Part shown: piece after piece, positions 1 through 9,489 of the stretch | How positions within the stretch are numbered: the first letter of the stretch is position 1 | Layout of the letters: the number at the start of each line of letters is the position of its first letter | Assembly: GCA_964530325.1 (NCBI GenBank) | Contig: CAZHAX010000002.1 | Location: 6,400-70,399, forward strand | Direction of reading: 5' to 3' | Length of the DNA stretch: 64,000 nt | From: an uncultured Anaerolineales bacterium | GTDB taxonomy: Bacteria; Chloroflexota; Anaerolineae; B4-G1 | Translations under genes and position numbers: made by a program | The notes under the pieces: model-generated | Databases searched by the model: none | Seen by the model: only the letters and a program-made list of their open reading frames with translations | Told to the model about the DNA's origin: nothing

Positions 1-1
1 C

Positions 2-1063
2 TATCGAGGGCCGTCCGTGGAGGGGCCGTACGGGGTCTACTTCGCCGGCGTGGTCGAGGGCTACGAACTCCGCGAAGACGACTTCGAGGGCTTCGTGGTC
101 GAGAAGCGGGTGCTGCAGGACGGGGCCTACACCTGGGTCGTCGAAGCGGTCGACGAATCAGGCGCCAGCCAGCAGGTGAGCGGCACGCTGACAATCGAGG
201 ACGCGGACGTAGCGCTGCCTGAGCTGCGCGGCTTTTCCCTTGTGCCTCCCGTCTTCACGCCGAACCGGGACGGGCTGGCCGACCGGGTGACGATCAACGT
301 CTTCCTGACCAAGGACGTGGACGAGATGGACGTCTACCTGGTGAGTCAGGACCGAGAGGCGGAGGACGATGGCTGGGAGCCGACCCGCTATCCGGTGGAG
401 TGGAACGAGAAGCTGACGGCCTACAACGAGGCCGGGCCGCACGAGTTCGACTACGATGCCGGTGTCGATCACGGCGCTGACCCTCCGGCCGATGGGACCT
501 ACGACGTGGTGATGCGGGCGCGCGACGCCGTGGGGCAGTGGACCGCGGTGACCGGCACTCTGACGATAGAAGATGGCGGCGTGCCCCGCGTGTACATAGT
601 GAACGGCGAGGTCGACTGGCCGATCGACAACCCGGAGTATTCGATCCCGCTGGGGGAGACGCTCTGGTTCTCGCTCACGGTCTTCAACGACAGCGGTGTT
701 CCGGTCCGGACGAGCGGGCCCCCTCCCGGCACTGTGTACGACAGCGATCAGGTTTACTCCACGCTCGGGGAGTACGTGCAGTCTGGCGTCTTTCGCATCG
801 GGGTCCACTGCGAGAACAGCATCACCAATCTCCCCTGGCGCTGGGCTGTGGGTGGGCCGGACGATCTCATCTCAGACGGTGAGGGGCACCTCTTCCTGCC
901 AGCTGGCGCCCGGGCGGTGGTCAGCGGCGGTATCCGTTTCGTCGACGTGACAGAGGCCCGGAACCCCCAGTACTGCTGGGTGGCTCTGATCCACGAGGAT
1001 GTGGAGATATCGGCGGTCAGTTCGCATGTCGACCCGCTGCGGGTGACCATCGAGGCGCCTTAG
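2..1063 (+). CDS. 5'-truncated secreted/extracellular beta-rich protein with FlgD-Ig/CHU_C-like repeats
   Basis: Frame is open back to the window edge (YRGPSVEGPY...). FTPNRDGLAD motif and YTWVVEAVD / YDVVMRARDAVG strands are typical of FlgD-Ig-like domains. Acidic, beta-rich composition. Confidence 0.5.
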   Translation, partial: YRGPSVEGPYGVYFAGVVEGYELREDDFEGFVVEKRVLQDGAYTWVVEAVDESGASQQVSGTLTIEDADVALPELRGFSLVPPVFTPNRDGLADRVTINVFLTKDVDEMDVYLVSQDREAEDDGWEPTRYPVEWNEKLTAYNEAGPHEFDYDAGVDHGADPPADGTYDVVMRARDAVGQWTAVTGTLTIEDGGVPRVYIVNGEVDWPIDNPEYSIPLGETLWFSLTVFNDSGVPVRTSGPPPGTVYDSDQVYSTLGEYVQSGVFRIGVHCENSITNLPWRWAVGGPDDLISDGEGHLFLPAGARAVVSGGIRFVDVTEARNPQYCWVALIHEDVEISAVSSHVDPLRVTIEAP

Positions 1064-1088
1064 CGCAGGCCCTGGTCGAGCGTGCTTC

Positions 1089-1109
1089 AGCGGCTTCCTT
1101 CAAGCCGCT
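1089..1109 (+). terminator. Short hairpin after the first CDS
   Basis: AGCGGCTT-CCTTC-AAGCCGCT, 8-bp perfect stem, no U-tract. Confidence 0.3.
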
Positions 1110-1237
1110 CTGGTGGAAGGAACAAGGGGAAACGCAGGTTGGGCGCGGTGAAAGGGGGAGCGTATAGCAGAAGACTAGGCACGCCGGCTGCAGTTGACCA
1201 TCGAAGCGTAGTCAGCAGACAAGAGGAGGAGACAAAG

Positions 1238-2302
1238 ATGCTTGTCAAGCGCTTGAGTATCTGTGCGCTAGTGCTCGTGTCATTCGCGTTGAGCGGGTGC
1301 GACATGTTCCCCACGGCGACGCCCACCGCCGAGCTCGGCTCGGCCGAGCGGCCGATCCAGGTCTACTTCGTCCCGTCGGTAGAGGCGGATACGATCGTCA
1401 CCGGCGGGGCGGTGCTCGAGGCGGCGCTGGAGGAGGCCACCGGCCTCGACTTCGAGGTCTTCGTGCCCACCTCGTACGGCGCCTTCGTCGAGGGCATGTG
1501 CGCCGCCGGCGGGGACGCCATGGGCTTCCCGGCCACCATGGCCTACGTCGTGGCCAACGCCCGCTGCGGCGTCGACGCCTCGATGATCTCCGTGCGCTAT
1601 GGGGAGGACTTCTACTACGGCGGGTTCATAGTCCCCCGCGATAGCTCCGCCCAGAGCCTCGAGGACCTGGACGGGCTGACCTGGGGCTATGGCGACGTCA
1701 CCTCGACGTCCGGCTACATCGTGCCCTCGATCATCTTCCCGGCGAATGGCGTCGAGCCGGGTGATACTGTCCGCACGGGCGGGCACAACCAGACCGTCCT
1801 TGCGGTCTACAGCGGCGACGTCGACTTCGGCACTGTCTTCTTCAACCCCCCGCAGCCGGCGGCCGGCAGTTCTGTCGACCCGTGGCAGTTCGGCGATCCG
1901 GTTGAGCCCTATGCTGCGGACGTGGACACCTGCGCCCTGACCGAGAGCGGCGGCGATATCCAGTGCGGTGACTGGTACCCGAAGGATGCCCGGAGAAGCG
2001 TCCGGGCTGACACGCCGGATGTGGTCCAAGAGGTCCGTCTCCTGGACATCACCGATCCGATCCCCAACGACTGCATGGCCTTCGGCGCCGATTTCCCGAC
2101 CGATCTGCGGGCGCAGATCGAGCGGGCCATCACGGCGCTCCAGGATGACGAGGAGACCTGGGGTGCAACGCTCCAGGTCATCTACAACTACGATGCCCTG
2201 GTCGACGTTGACGATTCCTACTACGATGGCATCCGCGACTACATCGAAGCGGGTGGCCTGGACATGGACGACATCGTCGGCATCCTCGAGACACAAGAGT
2301 AG
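1238..2302 (+). CDS. phnD: Phosphate/phosphite/phosphonate ABC transporter substrate-binding lipoprotein (354 aa)
   Basis: RBS AAGAGGAGG before ATG 1238; lipobox LSGC; motifs PTSY, YYGG, DVTSTSGY, GGH, IPND; followed by phnC and phnE. Confidence 0.85.
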   Translation: MLVKRLSICALVLVSFALSGCDMFPTATPTAELGSAERPIQVYFVPSVEADTIVTGGAVLEAALEEATGLDFEVFVPTSYGAFVEGMCAAGGDAMGFPATMAYVVANARCGVDASMISVRYGEDFYYGGFIVPRDSSAQSLEDLDGLTWGYGDVTSTSGYIVPSIIFPANGVEPGDTVRTGGHNQTVLAVYSGDVDFGTVFFNPPQPAAGSSVDPWQFGDPVEPYAADVDTCALTESGGDIQCGDWYPKDARRSVRADTPDVVQEVRLLDITDPIPNDCMAFGADFPTDLRAQIERAITALQDDEETWGATLQVIYNYDALVDVDDSYYDGIRDYIEAGGLDMDDIVGILETQE

Positions 2303-2320
2303 CTGATCGATCAGTAGAAC

Positions 2321-2357
2321 GACTGGGCAGGGGAGGATCTGACCCCCCTGCCCAGTC
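2321..2357 (+). other. Intercistronic stem-loop between phnD and phnC
   Basis: GACTGGGCAGGGG (2321-2333) and CCCCTGCCCAGTC (2345-2357) form a perfect 13-bp inverted repeat. Confidence 0.75.
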
Positions 2358-2387
2358 CCCCGCCAACCGCCTGGCAGGAGGTGGCCT

Positions 2388-3146
2388 GTGCTGAGACTGG
2401 AACATCTCACCAAGGTCTACGACGATGGCACGCGCGCCCTGAACGACGTCAGCTTCGAAGTACCGGATGGGCAGTTCCTGGTCATTATCGGCTTGAGCGG
2501 GTCGGGCAAGAGCACGCTGCTGCGCTGCATCAACCGGCTGATCGAGCCGACCGAGGGGCGCGTGATCTGGAACGGCGTGGACGTTACGGCGGCGCCGCAG
2601 GAGGAGATGCGCTTCATCCGCCGCCGCATGGGCATGATCTTCCAGAGTTTCAACCTGGTCAAACGGTCGAAGGTGATCACCAATGTGCTGGCCGGCCGGT
2701 TGGGGTACACGAACCCGGCTTTGAGCCTGCTCAATCGCTTCTCGAAGGAGGACGAGGAGCTGGCGCAGCGCAGCCTGGCGCGAGTGGGCATCGCGGACCA
2801 GGCCTACAAGCGGGCCAGCGAGTTGAGCGGCGGGCAGCAGCAACGGGTCGGCATCGCCCGGGCGCTTGTACAGGATCCTGAGCTAATGCTGGTGGACGAG
2901 CCGGTCTCCGCTCTGGACCCGGCCACTTCTCACTCGATCATGCGCTACCTGCAGGAGGTGAACGACAAGGACAAGGTGACGATCGTGTGCAGCCTCCACT
3001 TTCTCAGCCTGTCCCGCGCCTACGCCGACCGCATCGTCGCTCTCAAGGATGGGGAGATGGTCTTCGACGGGCCTCCCAAGGAGATCGACGAAGTGCGCTT
3101 CCGCGAGATCTACGGCGAGGATGCCGAAGAGGTGGAGATCAGATGA
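2388..3146 (+). CDS. phnC: Phosphonate ABC transporter ATP-binding protein
   Basis: Walker A GLSGSGKS, LSGGQQQRV, VDEP, SLH; GRLGY motif typical of PhnC; RBS AGGAGG. Confidence 0.92.
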   Translation: MLRLEHLTKVYDDGTRALNDVSFEVPDGQFLVIIGLSGSGKSTLLRCINRLIEPTEGRVIWNGVDVTAAPQEEMRFIRRRMGMIFQSFNLVKRSKVITNVLAGRLGYTNPALSLLNRFSKEDEELAQRSLARVGIADQAYKRASELSGGQQQRVGIARALVQDPELMLVDEPVSALDPATSHSIMRYLQEVNDKDKVTIVCSLHFLSLSRAYADRIVALKDGEMVFDGPPKEIDEVRFREIYGEDAEEVEIR

Positions 3147-4999
3147 CCAAGAGCCCTAGGTCTAAAGCGCGCAATATTGGCTTCATCGCCCTCGTCGTCA
3201 TTGGTGTTCTGATCTATGCCTACGGGTGGCAGGCCACTGACATCGACCTCGACGTTGCCCAGGACGAGGGCCGCCAGGAGCGGGTGGTTCGAGCCCTGCG
3301 GGGCCTGCTGAACCCTATTCTATTCGAGCGGGACACCGAGAGCGAAGTGGCCTACGCCTACTTCCTGGTGCCCTGTACGGACGAATCGCCCGAACAGCCT
3401 GACGTGGTCGAGGGAGAGCCGTACGTAGAGCTCACGCCGGACTGCGGCGAGGCGAGCGATCTGATAACCGTCGAGGTGTTCGGCTTTCGGCCGTACAGTG
3501 ATGGGTACATACGCTGGACTCCACCGGGGCGCTCGACGCAGACGCGGAACAGGTTTCGCACGGATGGGGACGGACATTTCCGATCTAGCGAGCTTAGGGT
3601 CCCGACCGCCAGCGAGAGCGACGAGCTGCAAGTGATCGAGGTGGAGGTGCAGTGGCCGGTTGGAGCGCCAAGGCCGAGCGAGGCGCTTACAACCACCATT
3701 GAGCGCATGATCGAGACGATCTTCCTGGCGCTCATGGCGACGACGCTCGGCCTGGTAGTGGCCATCCCGGTCAGCTTCCTGGCTGCCTTCAATCTTATGC
3801 GCCCCATCCGCAAGCCGCTGGGCAGCCTCCTGGCAACGCTGCTGCCGCTGCTGCTCTATGCCTTGTTGATACAGAGGCTGAAGGCGCTGGGAGCGCCCGA
3901 CGTGCTGGTGGATTGGTTGTCGCTCAGGCCCCTGATCGAGCAGGCGTACAACTTCGGCAACATGGGCTGGATCGGCGCCGGCATCCTCCTGGTTCTGGCG
4001 GCCGGATCATACGTCATCATCTTCAGGCTGCTGCCCAACCCGCACGACGTCTCAAGGCGAGGCAAGACAGTGCGCTACCTGCGCCTGGCGCTGGGGGCAA
4101 GCTCCCTCCTGACTGGAGCGGCGATTGCGTCTGGCGTCGGGAACCAGCTCGCTATCGCCGTCAGCGGCGTCCTGGGCGGCGTGTTGAGCAGCGTTGTGGG
4201 CACCGTATCTACCTTCGTTGTGCTGATGCTGCCCGGCGTCACAGGGCTGGTGTTCGCTGTTGTCCTTGGCACTCTGCTCAGTGGCCTGGTCGAGTCGCTC
4301 GTCGGTAGGCTCCAGGGCACAGCGGCTCGCCGCGCCCTTGGCCTCATGCTGGGAGCTGCTGCGGGCGGCCTGCTTCTCTACCTGGGCTACACGGCGATCT
4401 TCAACTTCTACAACCCGGGGGATCCGATGCCCCTCCTCTGGGAGATCACAGCCGCTGGCGGCGTCCTGGGTGGGATTGGCGGTCTCGTGCTTGGGGCGGA
4501 CCACTCGCTGCCTCTCGGCCTGATCATCTACTACGTAGTGCGTACTATTCTCAACGGTCTACGGTCGATCGAGCCTCTGATCATGGGCATCGTCTTCGTC
4601 ATCTGGGTGGGCATCGGTCCCTTCGCCGGCGTGCTCGCTCTCGCTCTCCACTCGATCGCCGCGCTGGGCAAGCTCTACTCAGAGCAGGTGGAGAGCATCG
4701 ACCCCGGACCCATCGAGGCGATCACGGCCACCGGCGCGACTCGCCTGCAGATGATTCGCTATGGCGTAGTGCCTCAGATCGTGCCGCCCTACATCGCCTT
4801 CACGCTCTACCGCTGGGACATCAACGTGCGCATGTCGACTATCATCGGCTTCGTCGGCGGCGGCGGCATCGGCTTTGTGCTGCAGCAATGGATCAACCTG
4901 CTGCAATACCGCGAGGCCGGGGTCGCCGTGCTGGCGATCGCCATCGTCGTCGCTGCGCTTGACTACGCCAGCGCGAAGGCGCGGGAGAAGATCACCTAG
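3143..4999 (+). CDS. phnE: Phosphonate ABC transporter permease, expanded (618 aa) with extracellular domain and inserted TM bundle
   Basis: ATGA overlap with the phnC stop; IETIFLALMATTLG...PVSFLAA and LRSIEPL...GKLYSEQVE...RWDINVRMSTIIGFVGGGGIG PhnE motifs. Confidence 0.88.
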   Translation: MTKSPRSKARNIGFIALVVIGVLIYAYGWQATDIDLDVAQDEGRQERVVRALRGLLNPILFERDTESEVAYAYFLVPCTDESPEQPDVVEGEPYVELTPDCGEASDLITVEVFGFRPYSDGYIRWTPPGRSTQTRNRFRTDGDGHFRSSELRVPTASESDELQVIEVEVQWPVGAPRPSEALTTTIERMIETIFLALMATTLGLVVAIPVSFLAAFNLMRPIRKPLGSLLATLLPLLLYALLIQRLKALGAPDVLVDWLSLRPLIEQAYNFGNMGWIGAGILLVLAAGSYVIIFRLLPNPHDVSRRGKTVRYLRLALGASSLLTGAAIASGVGNQLAIAVSGVLGGVLSSVVGTVSTFVVLMLPGVTGLVFAVVLGTLLSGLVESLVGRLQGTAARRALGLMLGAAAGGLLLYLGYTAIFNFYNPGDPMPLLWEITAAGGVLGGIGGLVLGADHSLPLGLIIYYVVRTILNGLRSIEPLIMGIVFVIWVGIGPFAGVLALALHSIAALGKLYSEQVESIDPGPIEAITATGATRLQMIRYGVVPQIVPPYIAFTLYRWDINVRMSTIIGFVGGGGIGFVLQQWINLLQYREAGVAVLAIAIVVAALDYASAKAREKIT

Positions 5000-5005
5000 G
5001 CCCGT

Positions 5006-5923
5006 ATGTCCCACCTGGCGGTAGTGATCGTCAGCTGGAACGTGCGAAGCCTGCTGGCGGGCTGTCTGAAGTCGCTGTATGTAGACCTGGAGCGCTCGGA
5101 GCCCGAGTCAGCGGTCTGGGTTGTGGACAACGCCTCGTCCGACGGTACGCCGGAGATGGTGGCGGAGTCCTTTCCGGACGTCCGCCTGATCGCCAATAAG
5201 GAGAATCTGGGCTTCGCCGCGGGGAACAACCTGGCTCTACGCCAGGCGCTTGTCCCCTCGGGGCGAAGCCCGGACTACGTCTGGCTGCTCAACCCGGATA
5301 CAGAGGTCCTTTCCGGGGCCACCCAGGCGCTAGTCTCGGCGCTCGAGGTGCGGCCGAGGGTGGGGGTGGGGGGGGCCAGGCTGCAGTACCCCGATGGCTC
5401 TCTCCAGCAGTCGGCCTTTCGCTTTCCCGGCCTGGCGCAGCTTCTTTTCGAGCTTTTCGCGCTCCCGGCGCGCCTGTACGACACGCCGCTGAACGGCCGC
5501 TACGGTCGCCGGCGATACGATGGAAACCAGCCTTTCGAGGTCCACCACCCTCTGGGCGCGGCGATGATGGTGCGGGCCGAGGCCGTGGCGCAGGCAGGGC
5601 TGATGGACGAAGGGTACCGGCTCTACTGCGAGGAGATCGACTGGTGCTGGCGGATGCGCAGGGCCGGGTGGGGTGCGATCTGCGTTCCGCAAGCCCGGGT
5701 TGTCCACTATTCGGGTGGATCGACCACCCAGGCGGCCACCAGGTCGTTCGTCGATCTGTGGACGAGCAGGGCGCGCCTCTACTCGCGCCTACAGGGCAGG
5801 CTGAAGCGGCGCCTGGCCCGTGCTCTCGTACGGGCGAGGATCTGCCGCAAAGCTCCGGGCGAAGGGGAAGACAAAGCCAGAGCCTGCCGGGAAGTGCTCC
5901 GCGCCTGGGGGCACGTTCGATGA
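5006..5923 (+). CDS. GT2 glycosyltransferase (WbbL/rhamnosyltransferase-like)
   Basis: VVIVSWN, VVDNASSDGT, NLGFAAGNN, LLNPDT, YCEEIDWC, VVHYSGGS. Confidence 0.88.
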   Translation: MSHLAVVIVSWNVRSLLAGCLKSLYVDLERSEPESAVWVVDNASSDGTPEMVAESFPDVRLIANKENLGFAAGNNLALRQALVPSGRSPDYVWLLNPDTEVLSGATQALVSALEVRPRVGVGGARLQYPDGSLQQSAFRFPGLAQLLFELFALPARLYDTPLNGRYGRRRYDGNQPFEVHHPLGAAMMVRAEAVAQAGLMDEGYRLYCEEIDWCWRMRRAGWGAICVPQARVVHYSGGSTTQAATRSFVDLWTSRARLYSRLQGRLKRRLARALVRARICRKAPGEGEDKARACREVLRAWGHVR

Positions 5924-6666
5924 GCCTGACCGCCGTGGTCCTGACGCTTGACGAGGAGAAGAACGTCCTTCCGTGCCTGGACAGCCTGGCCTGGGCGGAG
6001 CGGCGCGTTGTATTCGATAGCTTCAGCGGCGACGACACCGTAGCTCTCGCGCGCCAGGCCGGTGCCGAAGTGATCCAACATCCCTTCGAGGACTATGCCC
6101 AGCAGCGGAACGCTGCGCTGGAGGTGGTTGAGGCGGATTGGGTCTTCTTCGTCGACGCCGACGAGCGGGCGACGCCGGAACTGGCGGAGGAGGTGGGCCA
6201 AGTCACCTCGGGCGACGGCGAAGAGGCGGCCTGGTCGGTACCCAGGCATAACTACATCTTCGGCCGGCTCACTCTGGGAGCGGGCTGGTATCCGGATTAC
6301 CAGGTCCGCCTGGTGCGCCCGGGGAAGGTCCACTGGGAGCGGCCGGTGCACGAGATAGCTGTGATAGAGGGTGCAGGGGGATACCTGCGGAACCCACTCA
6401 TCCACCATAACTACGTCGACGTGGCCGATTTCGTCAGCCGGCAGGAGCGGTACACCAATATCGACGCCGGCATTCTCCTGCAACAAGGTGTGCGCCCCAG
6501 GTTCTATACGCCCTATTCCCAGTTCCTGCGTCACTTCTGGTTCCGTTTCGTGCGACTGCGGGGCGTGCGGGACGGGCTGCATGGGCTGCGATTGAGCCTG
6601 CTGACCGCCTACTACGAGGCGCTGAAGTACGGCAGGCTGGCCCGGCTGTGGAGGTCGAGGGCATAG
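5920..6666 (+). CDS. GT2 glycosyltransferase (KdtX/WaaE-like, 248 aa)
   Basis: ATGA overlap with the upstream gene; VLTLDEE, DSFSGDDT, QRN, FVDADE, WYPDYQVRL, VHE. Confidence 0.85.
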   Translation: MSLTAVVLTLDEEKNVLPCLDSLAWAERRVVFDSFSGDDTVALARQAGAEVIQHPFEDYAQQRNAALEVVEADWVFFVDADERATPELAEEVGQVTSGDGEEAAWSVPRHNYIFGRLTLGAGWYPDYQVRLVRPGKVHWERPVHEIAVIEGAGGYLRNPLIHHNYVDVADFVSRQERYTNIDAGILLQQGVRPRFYTPYSQFLRHFWFRFVRLRGVRDGLHGLRLSLLTAYYEALKYGRLARLWRSRA

Positions 6667-6780
6667 CGGGTAGACGCAGGGCACTTCTGGTGCGCTAGAG
6701 GCCTGTATCCTCAAAGGGAAAGGGCCTTTCCGGCGCTCGAGGAACCGCCTCTCTGCAGGCTTGGGCCTCGAACACCTACT

Positions 6781-6809
6781 TTGACCATGCACGCCAGGTG
6801 TGATATACT
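6781..6809 (+). promoter_or_regulatory. Sigma70-type promoter of the HNH gene
   Basis: TTGACC-17 nt-TATACT with TGn extended -10. Confidence 0.7.
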
Positions 6810-6870
6810 CCCCGCCGAAATCGGCAGTGAGCGAGGCAGCGAGGGAGTGAAGCGACGATCAGACGGCTCG

Positions 6871-7374
6871 ATGAACGAGCCTGTGTTGCTGCTCAACGGC
6901 AACTACGAGCCCATCAACGTCTGCACCACACGGCGAGCGATGGGGCTGATTCTGGCGTCCAGGGCCACAGTGCTGGAGAACGGGCGTGGGTACGTGCACA
7001 CCGTGTCCGCAATATACGAACGCCCTTCCGTCATCCGGCTCCTCTACACTGTGCGCAGGCCTCGCCCCCGCGTGCGGCTCTGCAAGCGGGAGATCCTGCG
7101 CCGCGACGCCCACACGTGCCAGTACTGCGGCAGCAGGCTCAGCCGCCTGACAATCGATCACGTCGTGCCCCGCTACCGAGGCGGCAGCTACGAGTGGGAG
7201 AACCTAGTCACTGCTTGCCCGCAGTGCAACAGGCGCAAGGGTGGGAGGACGCTCCAGGAATCGAGGATGGCACTCCTGCGCCCGCCCGCGGAGCCCAGGC
7301 CTACAGCGAAATACCTCTTCGGTCGCTACGGGGACGGCGAGGGCTCGTGGGCCAAGTACCTCGACGGCTGGTAG
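6871..7374 (+). CDS. HNH endonuclease (McrA/COG1403-like, 167 aa)
   Basis: VLLLNGNYEP N-terminus, PSVIRL, RDAHTCQYCG, TIDHVVPR..GG...WENLVTACPQCNRRKG. Confidence 0.9.
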   Translation: MNEPVLLLNGNYEPINVCTTRRAMGLILASRATVLENGRGYVHTVSAIYERPSVIRLLYTVRRPRPRVRLCKREILRRDAHTCQYCGSRLSRLTIDHVVPRYRGGSYEWENLVTACPQCNRRKGGRTLQESRMALLRPPAEPRPTAKYLFGRYGDGEGSWAKYLDGW

Positions 7375-7407
7375 TGCCTCTCAGTGGCTATACTGATCCG
7401 CAGCATG

Positions 7408-7436
7408 CGCGGGCCGGATGAAGAGTCCGGCCCGCG
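7408..7436. terminator. Hairpin between convergent genes, probable bidirectional terminator
   Basis: CGCGGGCCGGA-TGAAGAG-TCCGGCCCGCG, 11-bp perfect stem. Confidence 0.6.
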
Positions 7437-7468
7437 TTCACTTACCGGGTAGCCTGTAGGCTACGACC

Positions 7469-9484
7469 CTAGCCCGTCTCAGCGGCGGTCTCGGCGGCGG
7501 GTGAGGGCCCCGCAGCCATCTCTCCCAGTCGGGCCAGCTCCGCGGCCAGAGCCGCGGGGCTGACGGCTCTCTCATCGGCCAGCGCCATGATGCGTTCACT
7601 GCAGCGCTCCTGCTCTTCTGGGCTCAGCTCGGCCGGCGCCAGCCCGATGACGGGGATGCTGCCGGTCTCGGCGTCGCTTTGCAGCTGCTGGATCAGATCG
7701 AGTCCCGCCATGTCGGCGACGGCGGGGTTCACCAGGATGGCGTCCGGCTTCTCGCTGCGGGCAAGCTCAATTGCCTTGTCCGCATCCTGCGCGGTAGTCA
7801 GCGAGCAGCCAGGTGCAGTCCCCTCGCGCATCGCCGTCTCTGTTGCCGCATCGTCGTCCACGAGCAGGGCCTTCATTCCGTCCTCGCTCGTTCCGGCCGC
7901 AGCAACGCGCCGCATCAGCTCACGAACGTCGTCAAGCCGCAGTGGCTTTGCCAGCAGGTCGGCAGTGCCGATGGCGAAGCCAGATGGTCCGGCTGGTCGG
8001 CCGGACATGGCCACAATGGGGATGCTCTTGGTTCCCGGGTGTGACTTGAGGCTTGTCAGGAGGCGCAAGGCTGCCTGGCCCGGCAATGTGATATCGAGCG
8101 CTATGAAGCGGGGGTGCAGTTCTCTCGCCAGCGTGAGCACGCCGGAGTCGGTGTAGCGGGGCAGAGGCACGTAGCCCGCCTCTCTGAGGTGCAGGGCCAG
8201 GAGGTGGCACAACAGGCGGTCGCTCTCAACGACGAAGGCCAGGTCCTGCTCGGGAGGCTCGACATCGTCCGGCTGCCCGGCCGCGGCCTCCGGCGGGCCG
8301 GCGACCGGCAGCAGGAAGCGGAATGTGGCTCCGCGGCCAAACTCGCTATCCACCCAAAGACTGCCGCCGTGCAGCTCCACCAGTCGCTTGCTGATGGCCA
8401 GCCCGAGGCCTGTGCCGGTCATCTCCTCGCCTGGCTTCTTCTTACCCGCCTGGCGGAATTCCTCGAAAATGATCTCCTGGTCCTCGGGCTTGACCCCGAT
8501 TCCGGTATCCGATACGGAGAAGAGCATTGCGGTGGGATCGGCAAGCCGGCAGGATAGCGTGATGGTCCCTTCCTTCGGCGTGAACTTGTGGGCGTTGCTC
8601 AGCAGATTGAGCAGCACCTGCTTGATGCGGAAGATGTCCGCCTTCAACTGCGGGAGATCCTCCGGCCGCTCGATCTGGAATACCTGGGATTTCTTGTCCA
8701 CCAAGGGCCTGATCGTCGACTCCACGTTGCCCAGCAGGTCGCGAACGCTGAAGGGAGTTGGCTCCAGGGTGAGGCGGCCGGCTTCGATCTTCGATAGGTC
8801 GAGGATGTCATTGATCAACGCCATCAGATGCTCGCCGCTGGAGAGAATGTTCTCCAGGCATTCCCTCTGATCCTCAGTCACCTGGCCGACGATGCCGTCG
8901 ATCAGCACCTCGGAGAAGCCGATGATGGAGTTGAGCGGCGTGCGCAGCTCGTGGGTCATGCTGGCCAGGAAACTGCTCTTCAGTCTGTCCAGCTCCTGGA
9001 GGCGCGCATTCGCCTCCTCCAACGCGTCGGCCCGCTCTTCCAGCTCACGCCTGGCCTCCTCGAGCTGCTCCGTCCGTCTCCTGATCTCCAGCCTGGCCGA
9101 GTGCCGCTCGCCGGCGTAGCGGATGGCCCGCACCAGCAGGTCCGCATCGACCTTGCCCTTGACCAGGTAGTCCTGGGCACCCATCCTCACCGCAGTCACC
9201 GCCAACTCCCGGTCGTCGAGGCCGCTGAGGACTACGACCGGCACCTGGGGTGCCGCGGCCTGGATGGAGGAGAACGTGTTCAACCCGTGGCTGTCCGGGA
9301 GCGAGAGGTCGAGCAGGACCATCTCAATGTCTCCCGTGGCCAAACGCTCTAGCCCTGCCGAGAGGCGATCGACGTGCACGAGCTCGAAGGCCTCACTCCC
9401 GGCCTCAGCCAGGGTCAGCTGCAGGAGACGGGCGTCTCCCGGGTTGTCCTCGACCAGCAGCACCCTGACGGCCTTGTCTTCCAT
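7469..9484 (-). CDS. Hybrid histidine kinase REC-HisKA-HATPase-REC-REC
   Basis: N-terminal LLVEDN...LLDLSLPD; MTHELRTPLN; NLLSNAHKFT; DTGIG; GTGLGL; two C-terminal receiver folds, the last with Asn at the phospho-Asp position (AILVNP). Confidence 0.9.
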   Translation of the reverse strand: MEDKAVRVLLVEDNPGDARLLQLTLAEAGSEAFELVHVDRLSAGLERLATGDIEMVLLDLSLPDSHGLNTFSSIQAAAPQVPVVVLSGLDDRELAVTAVRMGAQDYLVKGKVDADLLVRAIRYAGERHSARLEIRRRTEQLEEARRELEERADALEEANARLQELDRLKSSFLASMTHELRTPLNSIIGFSEVLIDGIVGQVTEDQRECLENILSSGEHLMALINDILDLSKIEAGRLTLEPTPFSVRDLLGNVESTIRPLVDKKSQVFQIERPEDLPQLKADIFRIKQVLLNLLSNAHKFTPKEGTITLSCRLADPTAMLFSVSDTGIGVKPEDQEIIFEEFRQAGKKKPGEEMTGTGLGLAISKRLVELHGGSLWVDSEFGRGATFRFLLPVAGPPEAAAGQPDDVEPPEQDLAFVVESDRLLCHLLALHLREAGYVPLPRYTDSGVLTLARELHPRFIALDITLPGQAALRLLTSLKSHPGTKSIPIVAMSGRPAGPSGFAIGTADLLAKPLRLDDVRELMRRVAAAGTSEDGMKALLVDDDAATETAMREGTAPGCSLTTAQDADKAIELARSEKPDAILVNPAVADMAGLDLIQQLQSDAETGSIPVIGLAPAELSPEEQERCSERIMALADERAVSPAALAAELARLGEMAAGPSPAAETAAETG

Positions 9485-9489
9485 GGGCT

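Noticed and set aside
1082-1237. N-terminal extensions of track ORFs (also 2987, 5644, 18490, 31709, 36255, 38024, 48479, 59275)
   Set aside because: Downstream starts fit the RBS, promoter position, signal peptides and stop-start overlaps better.
6871-7374. Mobile homing endonuclease or defence-system nuclease
   Set aside because: Short stand-alone chromosomal HNH with its own promoter; no methylase, intron, intein or cas genes nearby.
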